Source: Kofleriaceae bacterium
GTDB taxonomy: Bacteria; Myxococcota_A; Polyangia; Haliangiales; Haliangiaceae
Length of the DNA: 25,498 nt
NCBI GenBank assembly: GCA_046597055.1
Contig: JBKJLC010000025.1
Location: 1-25,498, forward strand
Direction of reading: 5' to 3'
Shown here: one piece after another, positions 12,894-25,086 of the stretch
Position numbering within the stretch: the stretch's first letter is position 1
How the letters are laid out: each line of letters begins with the position of its first letter
Position numbers and translations under genes: made by a program
Notes under the pieces: generated by a model
What the model was told of the DNA's origin: nothing
What the model saw: the letters and a program-made list of their open reading frames with translations, nothing else
Database searches by the model: none

Positions 12894-14198
12894 TCACGGG
12901 AGCAGGTAGCCAGCCGCGGCGGTCAGCGCGGTCGCCACCGTGGCGATCCCGAACACCACGACGATTCGCAGGCCGAACGCGCGTCCGCCGCCCGCGTAGG
13001 CCATGACGCCCTTGGAGATGGTGTTGGCGATGACCGCGATCACGATCGCGAGGGCGGCGATGTCGGCGGTGAGGGCGCCGCTCTTGCTCTGCTCGGACGC
13101 GATCAGCGTGATGGCGTCGACGTCGGTGATGCCGGAGATCGCGGCGGCGATCAGCAGGCCCTCGTCGCCGAAGTAGCGGGTGGCCAGCGTCGCCGCGACC
13201 AGGACCACGCACAGCACCGCGCCCCAGGACAGGGCGTTCCACAGCTCGAACGGGTTCTTGAGCTTGATCTCGGCGGTGGGCTCGGCCGGCTCGGCGCGCA
13301 TGCGCCGCCAGGTGACCAGGGCCGCGATCAGCAGGGTCAGCACCATGGCCGCGACCGCGACCGCGACCCGGCCGCCGACCTCGGGGCTGAGCGCGCCGGT
13401 GATCACGACCACCCGGATCGGCATGATCAGGTTGGCGAGGAAGGTCGCCATCTGGCCGGGGACGACCAGCTCGGGCGCGCCCCGGGCCGAGCGCGCCATC
13501 GAGACGGTGACCGCGGTCGAGCTGGTGAGGCCGCCGAGCAGGCCGGCCAGGCCGACCCCGCGGGCGGCGCCGAGCCAGCGGGTCAGCACGTAGCCGACGT
13601 ACTGGACCGCGGCGATGAGCACGATGAAGGTACCCACCTTGCGCGGGCGCAGCGCGCCCCACGGGTCCTGGGGCTCGCTCGGCAGGAGCGGCAGCACGAT
13701 CGCGGCCAGCAGCAGGAGCTGGAGCGTCGCCGTGATCTCGATCCGGCGCACTTTGCTGACGAAGCCGGCCATCCACGGCTTGGACACCAGCAGCGCGGTG
13801 GTGCCGAGGGCGAGCCCGACCGCCAGCGCGCGGTCGTGGCGGACTAGCGCGCCGAGCAGCAGCACGACCACCCCGGCGACCTCGGTGGTCATGCCGATGT
13901 CGCGGCTGGCGACCATCTGGGCCCCGATCAGGAACACCATCGCCACCACGCCGGCCGGCAGCAGCCAGGGCGCGGCGCTGCCGAGGTACGCGAGCAGCCA
14001 GCCGACCAGCCCGAGCAGCGCCGTGGTCCGGGCGCCCATGACGACCTGGCGCGGCTTGCCGTCCGACCCGGACGCCGGCGACGGGACCGCGCCATCGTCG
14101 TGACCGCCGGCGACCTCGCTGTGCTCGCGCTCCAGCCCGACCACGAGGCCGATGCCGATCGCGTAGAGCGCTTCAACCAGCACCGCAGCATTCATCAC
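12894..14198 (-). CDS. MgtC/SapB-family membrane protein with C-terminal DUF4010
   Basis: IGLVVGLERE, GARTTAL, GMTTEVA, GGLTSSTAVT, LKNPFEL and SGITDVDAI motifs; multi-pass membrane protein. Start is GTG 14198 or ATG 14195. Confidence 0.92.
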   Translation of the reverse strand: MMNAAVLVEALYAIGIGLVVGLEREHSEVAGGHDDGAVPSPASGSDGKPRQVVMGARTTALLGLVGWLLAYLGSAAPWLLPAGVVAMVFLIGAQMVASRDIGMTTEVAGVVVLLLGALVRHDRALAVGLALGTTALLVSKPWMAGFVSKVRRIEITATLQLLLLAAIVLPLLPSEPQDPWGALRPRKVGTFIVLIAAVQYVGYVLTRWLGAARGVGLAGLLGGLTSSTAVTVSMARSARGAPELVVPGQMATFLANLIMPIRVVVITGALSPEVGGRVAVAVAAMVLTLLIAALVTWRRMRAEPAEPTAEIKLKNPFELWNALSWGAVLCVVLVAATLATRYFGDEGLLIAAAISGITDVDAITLIASEQSKSGALTADIAALAIVIAVIANTISKGVMAYAGGGRAFGLRIVVVFGIATVATALTAAAGYLLP

Positions 14199-14271
14199 GA
14201 GCGATGATACCGGTCAGCGGGTGTGAAGCCTTCGCTGCTCACCCTCTCATTGGATCGGTCGGCCGGGCGCT

Positions 14272-15725
14272 TCAGTGCGCCGGGCGCGTGACGAGCAGGT
14301 GAGGGTGCTTCTCGGCGTCGAGGTAGCCGAACCGGAACGTCAGCTTCCGCTTCGGGTTGCGCGCCCACAGCTCCTTGAAGTCGTCGGAGTGGCGCTTGCC
14401 CTTGGTCTCGGCGCTGCCGAGGAACGCGCCGGTGAAGCGGCCGAAGGTGTCCTGCACCATGCCGGCGCGCCGCGCATGCTCGGGCGGCACGCCGGTCGAG
14501 TCCGACAGCATCCAGGCGATGTGGCCGAGCAGGTAGCCGCGGATCGTCGCGAAGTCGTGGCGCCACAACAGGTAGCTCGCGCCCTTCACCAGCCCGACCA
14601 CCTTGCCCTTGCGCGCCAGGTGCGCGAGCAGCTCGGGGTGACGCGCCATCTCGCCGTCGTGCAGGTTCCAGCCGAAGTGGCGATGGACCCGGACCGGATC
14701 GGTGGGCGCACCCAGCCGGCGGTACTCGATCTCGACGTGCGCGAACGCGTCGGAGAAGTTGGGGTCGAGCCAGTCGCCCTTGCGCGCCTTGCCGCGGACC
14801 CTGCCGGAGGTCTCGCCACCGCGCGCGCGCGCGGCCTGGCCCTCGACCACGGCGATGTCGTCGGCGGTCAGGTAGTGCAGCGAGCCATCGGGCGCCGGGC
14901 GCACGAAGCGCAGGCCGACCGGCTCGAAGCCGTTGGCGGCCAGGCCGAGCATGAACGACGAGACCTGCGCCGGCAGCTCGTTGCGCTGCGACGACGACAG
15001 GTTGGCGCTGGTGTTGGAGCCGACCGACAGCATCCCGCCGAGCTCGCCGCGCAGCCGGCCCAGGCTGGCGTCCAGCTGCCCCGCCGTGAGCCTGGTGATC
15101 CGGCGCGGGTCGCCGGCCTGTTCGAGCGAGATCGTCGTGATCTCGGTCGCGCTCGGGAACGCGATCAGCGCCGAGATCAGGTCGCCGCCGCCGAACGGGT
15201 ACACGACCGTGCCCGGCAGGTCGGCCGGCTGGATCTTGTCGAAGAACGCGCGCGCGCTCGCGACGTAGCGGGCCCGCTTGCCGAGCTCCTTGCCGACCCA
15301 CGCGCAGTGGTCGTCGACGACCTTCGCGATCGCGGCATCGGCGATCGGCTCGGCGGTCCCGCATGCGACGTAGCGGAACAGCAGCCGGGCCTCGGCGGTG
15401 AAGTCGGCGCCCACCCGTGGTGCGGGCGCCGGTGATACCTCGACCACAGGCGCGGCCACCAGCACCGGTGCCGACGCAGGAGCCGGCGCTGCCGTGGGCA
15501 TCGCGGCCGGCGCGGGCGCGGGGGTCGCGGCCACGGGCTCGCTGGCGGTGCCGGCACCCTGCCCGACCGGCCCGGCCGGCCCGGCGCCGCCGGTGCCGCA
15601 GCCGAGGAGCGCGGCCAGCGTGGCGGCCACCACCGCGCGGGGGGCGCAGCGGGAGAGCCCAGCCGCGACCGCGGTCAGCAGGGTCGACCGTCTGGCGCCG
15701 GGCGCCCGGATCCCACCGACCCCCG

Positions 15726-15729
<4 letters not shown>
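14272..15729 (-). CDS. Hypothetical lipoprotein with Pro/Ala linker and a globular domain (YPFGGGD, GASYLL, SDSTG, FRFGY motifs)
   Basis: Corresponds to the C-terminal part of the 14272..16869 ORF. GTG 15729 overlaps the fadD stop (GTGA). Lipobox-like AVVAATLAALLG-C, followed by a PAPA-rich tether. Confidence 0.78.
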
Positions 15730-17576
<1,847 letters not shown>

Positions 17577-17698
17577 CGAAGCGTCCTCCTGGCGGGGTGC
17601 CGCATCTTGCCCGGCAGGGGACGGCCTCGCAACCGGTGGACCGGTCTCGTGGTGGTGCCGAGATGAAATCGCCGCGCCGCTCGCCACCGCCGACGGTG

Positions 17699-17731
17699 CG
17701 CAGGCGAAACCGGTACTGGGGTTCACCTGCG
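17699..17731 (-). terminator. Hairpin downstream of cysK
   Basis: On the minus strand CGCAGGUGAA pairs with UUCGCCUGCG (10 bp, one G-U), 24 nt after the cysK stop. No U-tract. Confidence 0.4.
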
Positions 17732-17755
17732 GACGGCCGCGGCCACCTGCCTGAA

Positions 17756-18739
<984 letters not shown>

Positions 18740-18746
18740 GGCGCGG

Positions 18747-18779
18747 ACGGTAGCAGAAGTTCGTCCGTTTTTGCGGACG
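18747..18779 (-). promoter_or_regulatory. cysK promoter: extended -10 with an upstream palindrome
   Basis: TG-C-TACCGT ends 7 nt before the ATG and there is no SD. Inverted repeat CGTCCG-TTTTTG-CGGACG (18762-18779) covers the expected -35 position. Confidence 0.55.
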
Positions 18780-18829
18780 GGGCCCGGAAGCGCGCACGGC
18801 GTGCGGAAATTGCCGGATCGCGAGTAGGG

Positions 18830-19189
18830 TTCGCCCGGCACGGCAAGCGCCAGCTCGCCCACGTCGAGCACGACCTCCCGCAGCGCCGCCAGCGCCTGGT
18901 CGACGTCGCCGCCGCGATCTTCGATCGCCCCCGGCTGCGGTTCGCTGACTGGACCGGCGCCGACGACACCCTGACCGTCACGCTCGAAGCGCCCGACGAC
19001 TTCGGCACCTGGTCCGAGACCGCGCGCGAGGTGGCGGCCGAGACCGCGCACAAGGCGGTCGGCGCCGCCGATCGCACCCTGTTCGCAGACGCGCCGGCAG
19101 CGCCGGCGCGTCTGCGCCTGATCATCACGACCCCTGACCTGCGCTGGCGCCACGACGGCACCCGGCTCACGCTGGACGAAGATCAGTGA
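18830..19189 (+). pseudogene. Start-less 3' gene fragment (about 119 codons, [16 protein letters not shown]...[15 protein letters not shown])
   Basis: Strong GC3 codon bias from about 18830 to TGA 19187-19189. The upstream in-frame stop is at 18713 and there is no in-frame ATG/GTG/TTG until 19031. It is absent from the ORF track. Confidence 0.6.
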
Positions 19190-19201
19190 CCCGGCGGGGG
19201 A

Positions 19202-20044
19202 TCACGCCTCGGCCACCCGGCCCAGCTTGTCCGGATTGTTGACCAGGTAGACCGCCTGGATCCGGCCGTCGGCGACGTCGAGCGCGACCACGCCGGTCAC
19301 CCGCCCGCCCGCGCGCAAGCGCAGCCCCGGCAGGCCGTTGACGAGGTACGGCTCGATCGACGTGCCCGCGCCGGCCTTGCGGGCCACCCCGATCAACAGC
19401 CGGCTGGCGGCGTCGCTGCCGGTGACGAGGTTGCGCGCGGCCCGGACCCGCCCGCCCGAGTCGGTGTGGACCACCACGTCGGCGGCCAGCAGGCGCTCGA
19501 GCCCGGCCAGATCACCCGAGGCGCACGCGGTCACGAACGCGGTCAGCACGCGCGCGTGATCGGCGCGGTCGATCGGGCGCGGTCGGCCGTCGCGCACGTG
19601 CTTGCGGGCGCGCGCCGCCAGCTGGCGGCACGCCTCCTCTGACTTGCCGAGGATGGCGGCGACCTCGCCGTGGCTGTAGTCGAACACCTCGGTCAGGAGG
19701 AACGCCGCGCGCTCGGGCGGGCTCAGCCGCTCGAGCAGCAGCAAGAACGCGATCGACAGCGAGCTGGGATCGGCATCGGAGGGCGTCGCGATCGGCTCAG
19801 GCAGCCACGGGCCCACGTAGGTCTCGTGGCGCGCCCGCGCCGAGCCGAGCTGGTCGAGGCACAGGCGCGACACGATCGTCACCAGGTAGGCCCGGACCGA
19901 GTCGATCGGGTCGTGCGCGACCGTCAGCCAGCGCAGCCGTGCCTCCTGCAGGACATCGTCGGCGTCGGCCGCGCTGCCGAGCATGCGGTAGGCGATGCCG
20001 AACAGGAGCCCGCGGTGCTCCTCGAAGCGCGCCATCGCGTCCAT
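19202..20044 (-). CDS. sigJ: ECF sigma-70 factor, ECF41/SigJ family, with C-terminal SnoaL-like domain
   Basis: Sigma2 region AYRMLGSAADADDVLQEA, YVGPWLPEP motif, sigma4 LERLSPPERAAFLL, DSGG variant of DGGG, and terminal NPDKL motif. Confidence 0.95.
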   Translation of the reverse strand: MDAMARFEEHRGLLFGIAYRMLGSAADADDVLQEARLRWLTVAHDPIDSVRAYLVTIVSRLCLDQLGSARARHETYVGPWLPEPIATPSDADPSSLSIAFLLLLERLSPPERAAFLLTEVFDYSHGEVAAILGKSEEACRQLAARARKHVRDGRPRPIDRADHARVLTAFVTACASGDLAGLERLLAADVVVHTDSGGRVRAARNLVTGSDAASRLLIGVARKAGAGTSIEPYLVNGLPGLRLRAGGRVTGVVALDVADGRIQAVYLVNNPDKLGRVAEA

Positions 20045-20049
20045 GACCG

Positions 20050-21264
20050 TCAAGGTAGCTCGCCGGCAGCGGGCAGCACCGCCGACGCCCGTTCGCCGGC
20101 GGCCAGCACCTGCTGGCCGCGCCGCTGGTACAGCCCGAACGTGGCCTGCAGCGCCGGGTGGTCGAGGGCCCCGAGCGTGAACCGGCACACCCGCTCCTTG
20201 AGCCAGGCGCCGAGCCGGCCGCCGATCATGCCGCGCGCCACGCCGGTCGGGTCGCGCCGCTGGATGACACCGTCGGTGCGGCCCAGGCTCACGCACACGC
20301 CGCTGTCGCCGAACCGGAACTGCCGCGGCGCGCGCCCGGCGAGGACGTCGACCAGGTTGTCGGCGGCGTGACGGCCCATCGGCATCGCCGTCTTGCACGC
20401 CATGTGGACCGGCGCGCCGACCCGCGCCGCCGGCATCGCCGCGTCGCCGGCCGCCCACAACCAGGGCACGCCCGGCACCGCGAGGGTGTCGTCGACCAGC
20501 ACCCGCCCCACCCCGTCGACCGCCAGCCCGGCGGCCGCGGCCAGCGGCGACGCGACGAAGCCGGCCGCCCACAGCACCGCGCCGGCCGCCAGGCGATCGC
20601 GCGCGGTGACCACCGCGTCGGGCTCGATCGCGGTCACCGCGGTGTGCGCGTGCACCTCGATCCCGCGGCGGGCCAGCGCGGCGTGCACGTGCGCGACCGC
20701 GCGCGCGCCGAGCGCGCCGTCGCCGAGGCCACCGCGGCAGACCAGCGTCACCCGCAGGCCCGGGATCGCGTCGGCCAGCTCGGTGGCCGCCTCGAGCGCG
20801 GTCAGGCCGCCGCCCACGATCACGAGCGGCTGGGCCCGCGCGGCCGCCGCGCGCGCCGCCGCCGCCAGCGCCGCGGCCTGCGCCGGCGAGTCGAGCCGGT
20901 GCGCGTGCAGGTCCGCGCCCGGCACCGGCGCGGCGGTCGCGCTACCTGCGGCGAGGATCGCGTGGTCGACCGGGAGCCACGACCGGACCCCGCCCTCCTC
21001 GATCCGCAGCCGGCCGGCCAGGTCGAGCCCGACCACCCGCGCGATCCGGAGCTGGGCGTCGGTGCCGGTCAGCCAGCCGCGGATCGGCCGGCCCCGGAGC
21101 CGGTGCCCGGCGGCCCCCTGGTGCAGCCGGATGCGCTCGACGAAGTCCGGGCTCGGGTTCAGCAGGGTCACCTGGGCGAGGGGGCCGGCCCGACGCGCCA
21201 GGCGCTGGGCGGCGAGCACGCCGGCATAGCCGGCGCCGACGACGGCGATTCGAGCTGGGGTCAT
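20050..21264 (-). CDS. FAD-dependent pyridine nucleotide oxidoreductase (NDH-2/AIF-like)
   Basis: ATG 21264. Motifs VVGAGYAG, ERIRLHQ, IVGGGLTALEAATELA, WAAGF, GRVLVD, WAAGD and CVSLGR. Confidence 0.92.
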   Translation of the reverse strand: MTPARIAVVGAGYAGVLAAQRLARRAGPLAQVTLLNPSPDFVERIRLHQGAAGHRLRGRPIRGWLTGTDAQLRIARVVGLDLAGRLRIEEGGVRSWLPVDHAILAAGSATAAPVPGADLHAHRLDSPAQAAALAAAARAAAARAQPLVIVGGGLTALEAATELADAIPGLRVTLVCRGGLGDGALGARAVAHVHAALARRGIEVHAHTAVTAIEPDAVVTARDRLAAGAVLWAAGFVASPLAAAAGLAVDGVGRVLVDDTLAVPGVPWLWAAGDAAMPAARVGAPVHMACKTAMPMGRHAADNLVDVLAGRAPRQFRFGDSGVCVSLGRTDGVIQRRDPTGVARGMIGGRLGAWLKERVCRFTLGALDHPALQATFGLYQRRGQQVLAAGERASAVLPAAGELP

Positions 21265-21272
21265 GCCGCCAA

Positions 21273-21299
21273 GACGACGCAGCCGGACCGAACGTGACA
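21273..21299 (-). promoter_or_regulatory. ECF41-type promoter TGTCACG-N16-CGTC
   Basis: Minus strand reads TGTCACG ttcggtccggctgcgt CGTC ttggcggc ATG, matching the established ECF41 consensus TGTCACA-N16-CGTC at 10 of 11 positions. Confidence 0.85.
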
Positions 21300-21348
21300 T
21301 GCGCGGGAAACCCGCTGCGCCGCGCAAAGTTGGGAGTAGCCTATCGCG

Positions 21349-23268
21349 GTGGCGCTCGACGAGCTCCTCGACCGATTGGCCGTCCTGTGGCGCCTGGAGC
21401 GCGCCACGGCGCGGGAGCAGTTTGTCGCCGCCCGGCGCGGGACCAGCCTGCGCACCCGGGTCGCGCGGGGCATCGCGCTGGCCGATCTGACGATCGCGGA
21501 CATCCGCCCGGCGCCGCGCGGACGCACCCGCCTGCTGCTGACGCCCCCGGCGCACGTCGATCTCGGCGAGGTGCGGGTCGGACCCGGCGATCCGATCGTG
21601 CTGTGGCGCCAGGCCCCCGACGAGCCCGAGGCCTCGCGCGGCGTGGTGTCGCGCCGCGAGCGCGACGATCTGTGGGTGATGGTCGACGGCGATCCGGCCG
21701 AGGCGATCCTCGACGCCGGCTGCCACCTCGATCTCGAGGCGCCCGAGGCGACCTTCGCCCGCGGCGACCGCGCGATCGCGCGCGCGCGCGCGGCCAAGGC
21801 TCAGTCGCCGCTGCGCTACCTGCTCGACGTGCTCGCGGGCGACCGCCCGCCGGTGGTGCGGCGCGACGTCACCTGGGCGCCGCTCGACCCCCAGCTCGAC
21901 GAGGCCCAGCGGCGCGCGGTCACCGCCGCGCTGACCGCGCGCGAGGTCGGCCTCATCCACGGCCCGCCCGGCACCGGCAAGACCCGCACGCTGGTCGAGG
22001 TGATCCGCCAGTGCGTCCTCGCCGGCGAGCGCGTGCTCGCGACCGCGGCGTCCAACGTCGCGGTCGACAACCTCGGCGAGCGGCTGGTCGCCGCCGGCGT
22101 CGCGGTGGTGCGACTGGGGCACCCGGCGCGGATCGCGCCCGCGCTCGAGGCGCGCTCGCTCGACGCGCTGGTCGGTGCCTCAGATGGCGCCCGCCTGCGC
22201 CGTGATCTCAACGACCGCGCCCGCGACGTCCGCCGCCAGGCGCTGGGCGCCCGCGGTCCCGCCGCCCGCGCGCTGTGGAGCGAGCTGCGCGCGCTCGAGC
22301 GCGATGCCCGCGCGGCGCTGTCACAGGCCGAGGCCCACCTCATCGCGACCACGCCGGTGATCCTGGCGACCTGCGCCGGCGCCGATCACCCGTTGCTCGC
22401 CGAGCAGGTGTTCGCCACCGTGATCATCGACGAGGCGACCCAGGTCCCCGACCCGATGGCGCTGTGCGCGCTGGCCCGCGGCGCGCGCGCGATCCTCGCC
22501 GGCGATCCCCACCAGCTACCACCGACCATCGTGGATCCCGAGGCCGCGCGCGGCGGGCTCGGCACCACCTTCTTCGAGCGGATGGCGGCCACCGCGGGCG
22601 CGCCGATGCTGGTGCAGCAGCACCGGATGCACGCCGACATCATGCGATTCCCGTCGGAGAGCAAGTACGGCGGCCGGCTGCGCGCGGCGCCGGCGGTGGT
22701 CGGCCACACCCTGGCCGACCTCGGCGTGCGCCTCGATCCCGAGCGCGGCACCGCGCTGTGGTTCCTCGACACCGCGGGCAAGGACTGGGACGAGCGCCGC
22801 GGCGGGCTCACCGCCGACGATGACGACCACGCCGATCCGTCGACCTGGAACCCGGCGCAGGCCGACCGCACCGTGGCCGAGGTGCGCCGGCTGCTGTCGC
22901 GCGGCGTCGCCCACGCCGATCTCGCCGTGATCGCCGCCTACGACGCCCAGGTCCGGCGCCTGCGCGCGCTGCTCGCGGTCGAGCGCGCCGCCGGCCTCGA
23001 GATCTCCTCGGTCGACGGCTTCCAGGGCCGCGAGAAGGAGGTGGTCGTGGTCGATCTGGTGCGCTCGAACGCCGACGGCGAGATCGGCTTCCTCGCCGAC
23101 ACCCGGCGCATGAACGTCGCGCTGACCCGCGCCCGCCGCATGCTCCTCGTGGTCGGCGACTCGGCCACCCTCGGCGCCCACGGCTACTACGCCGCGATGC
23201 TCAACGTGATGGACGAGCTGGCCGCCCATGGCAGCGCGTGGGCCGACGACGGCGAACCGCTGGCGTAG
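21349..23268 (+). CDS. Superfamily 1B helicase, UPF1/IGHMBP2-like (AAA_11/AAA_12)
   Basis: Q-motif LDEAQRRAV, IHGPPGTGKT, ASNVAVDNL, IIDEATQ, GDPHQLPPT, QHRMH, SVDGFQGREKE and RRMNVALTRAR. Confidence 0.95.
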   Translation: MALDELLDRLAVLWRLERATAREQFVAARRGTSLRTRVARGIALADLTIADIRPAPRGRTRLLLTPPAHVDLGEVRVGPGDPIVLWRQAPDEPEASRGVVSRRERDDLWVMVDGDPAEAILDAGCHLDLEAPEATFARGDRAIARARAAKAQSPLRYLLDVLAGDRPPVVRRDVTWAPLDPQLDEAQRRAVTAALTAREVGLIHGPPGTGKTRTLVEVIRQCVLAGERVLATAASNVAVDNLGERLVAAGVAVVRLGHPARIAPALEARSLDALVGASDGARLRRDLNDRARDVRRQALGARGPAARALWSELRALERDARAALSQAEAHLIATTPVILATCAGADHPLLAEQVFATVIIDEATQVPDPMALCALARGARAILAGDPHQLPPTIVDPEAARGGLGTTFFERMAATAGAPMLVQQHRMHADIMRFPSESKYGGRLRAAPAVVGHTLADLGVRLDPERGTALWFLDTAGKDWDERRGGLTADDDDHADPSTWNPAQADRTVAEVRRLLSRGVAHADLAVIAAYDAQVRRLRALLAVERAAGLEISSVDGFQGREKEVVVVDLVRSNADGEIGFLADTRRMNVALTRARRMLLVVGDSATLGAHGYYAAMLNVMDELAAHGSAWADDGEPLA

Positions 23269-23487
23269 CTGGCCCGAGGGTCGCCGAGCGGGTTGCGCGG
23301 ACCCGGCCCGACGCCCCGGTCTGGTGCCAGATGATCAGAGCCTGTCTCACCCGCGGCCCGGCCCATCGCCCGATCTCGGTCGAGGCGGTGCGGATCGCGC
23401 CGAGCCGGGCGTGACGGATGCGACGTCCGCAGCTATTGACCACAAGTCGGTAGTGCTCCGCGGGACCGCGGGGTATGCTCTCGCCAC

Positions 23488-25023
23488 ATGCGCATTCCCG
23501 CCGAGCCTCGGGTCATCATCCGCGCGGTCAAGGACTACGACGTCGAGACCCTGCGCCGCGTCTACCGCGAGGCGCTCGACGAGCTGGGGTTGCGGCCCTT
23601 CGGTCGCACGCTGATCAAGCCCAACCTGGTCGCCGCCGGCGACATGTTCCCGTACGCGTACACGCGGCCGGAGTGCGGCGAGGCGATGATCAAGGCGCTG
23701 CGCGACGTCGGCGGCGGCGCGATGACCGAGCTCGCGGTCGGCGAGCGCTGCGGCATCACGGTCCCGACCCGGCTGGCGTTCGAGCAGTCGGGCTGGGAGG
23801 CGATGACCACCCGCACCCAGACCCAGCGCTACTACTTCGAGGAGACCGCGCAGGTCGAGATCCCGCTGTCGCATCCGCAGCGGCTGCGCGACTACATCTT
23901 CACGCCCGAGCCGGTCGCCCGCGCCGACTTCTTCGTGAACATGCCGAAGTTCAAGGCGCACCCGTGGACCACGGTGACGTTCTCGATGAAGAATTACATC
24001 GGCATCCAGGACGATCGCCATCGCCTGATCGACCACGATCACAAGCTCAACGAGAAGATCGGCGACCTGCAGCACATCATCCAGCCGCAGTTCATCGCGA
24101 TCGACGCGATCACCGCCGGCGAGGGCCGGATGCTGACGCCGTCGCCGTTCCCGCTCGGCCTCATCATCATGGGCAACAGCCAGGTCGCCTTCGACGCGGT
24201 GTGCTCGACCATCATCGGCATCGACCCGCGCTCGGTCGATCACATCCGCATCGGCGAGGACTACGGCTTCGGCAGCACCGACCTGTCGAAGATCAAGATC
24301 ACCGGCGACGTCACCCTCGAGGAGGCGATCGCCCGCGCCAAGGGCTTCAAGGTCGGCCTGATCCGGGTCGAGAAGTACTTCGAGGGCTCGAACATCACCG
24401 CGTACGCCGGGCCGCCGCCCGAGGTCGAGCACTCCGATTACTGCTGGGGCGGGTGCCCGGGCGCGATGGAGGAGGCGATCGAGATCCTCCGCGTCTACGA
24501 CAAGGAGACCGACGCCAAGCTGCCGCGGATGCACGTGGTGTTCGGCAAGTACGAGGGCCCGATCGCGGCCGGCCCCGGCGAGAAGGTCATCTTCATCGGC
24601 GACTGCGTCGACTGGAGCGGCCAGCTCCAGGGCAAGCTCGTGCAGATCAAGTCGACGTACAAGGACCGCGCGACGCTCGATCCGCACACCATCAAGCACG
24701 ACGACATCTTCAAGAAGCTGGGCGTGACCACCGCCAAGGCCGCGGTCCACCGGTCCTCGTCGTCCATCCGCCTCGAGGGTTGCCCAGTCTCGGTCGCCGA
24801 GCAGGTGCTGACCCTGGTCGCGGTCGGCGGGCTCAAGAACCCGTACATGGATCCGCGCCAGGTCTCGACCTTCACCCGCAGCTACCTCGGCTGGCGGTCG
24901 CGGGTCGCGCTCAACCTCCTGCAGCGCAAGCGCTACCAGCAGAACGGCACCTTCGCCGAGCGCGGCCAGGCCGCTCCCGACCTGGCGGTCGCGGCCCCGC
25001 AGCCGCGCGTCGCGGCGACCTGA
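23488..25023 (+). CDS. DUF362 domain protein with a C-terminal Cys-containing extension
   Basis: LIKPNLV, VNMPKFKAH, SMKNYIG, IDAITAGEG and VAFDAV are typical DUF362 motifs. The C-terminal part has CWGGC, IGDC and EGCP. Confidence 0.9.
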   Translation: MRIPAEPRVIIRAVKDYDVETLRRVYREALDELGLRPFGRTLIKPNLVAAGDMFPYAYTRPECGEAMIKALRDVGGGAMTELAVGERCGITVPTRLAFEQSGWEAMTTRTQTQRYYFEETAQVEIPLSHPQRLRDYIFTPEPVARADFFVNMPKFKAHPWTTVTFSMKNYIGIQDDRHRLIDHDHKLNEKIGDLQHIIQPQFIAIDAITAGEGRMLTPSPFPLGLIIMGNSQVAFDAVCSTIIGIDPRSVDHIRIGEDYGFGSTDLSKIKITGDVTLEEAIARAKGFKVGLIRVEKYFEGSNITAYAGPPPEVEHSDYCWGGCPGAMEEAIEILRVYDKETDAKLPRMHVVFGKYEGPIAAGPGEKVIFIGDCVDWSGQLQGKLVQIKSTYKDRATLDPHTIKHDDIFKKLGVTTAKAAVHRSSSSIRLEGCPVSVAEQVLTLVAVGGLKNPYMDPRQVSTFTRSYLGWRSRVALNLLQRKRYQQNGTFAERGQAAPDLAVAAPQPRVAAT

Positions 25024-25051
25024 CCCGCAGCTCGGCGTCGACGATGAGCGG

Positions 25052-25080
25052 TTGCTGCCTCGGTGCCGGCCGCCTATCCT
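25052..25080 (+). promoter_or_regulatory. Sigma70-type promoter TTGCTG-N17-TATCCT
   Basis: -35 at 25052-25057 and -10 at 25075-25080 with exact 17-nt spacing; ATG is 6 nt downstream at 25087. Confidence 0.6.
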
Positions 25081-25086
25081 CGACCG

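Noticed and set aside
21349..23268. SF1 helicase as part of an anti-phage defence system
   Set aside because: It has no fused or adjacent nuclease, methyltransferase or other defence gene, and looks like a stand-alone IGHMBP2-like helicase.
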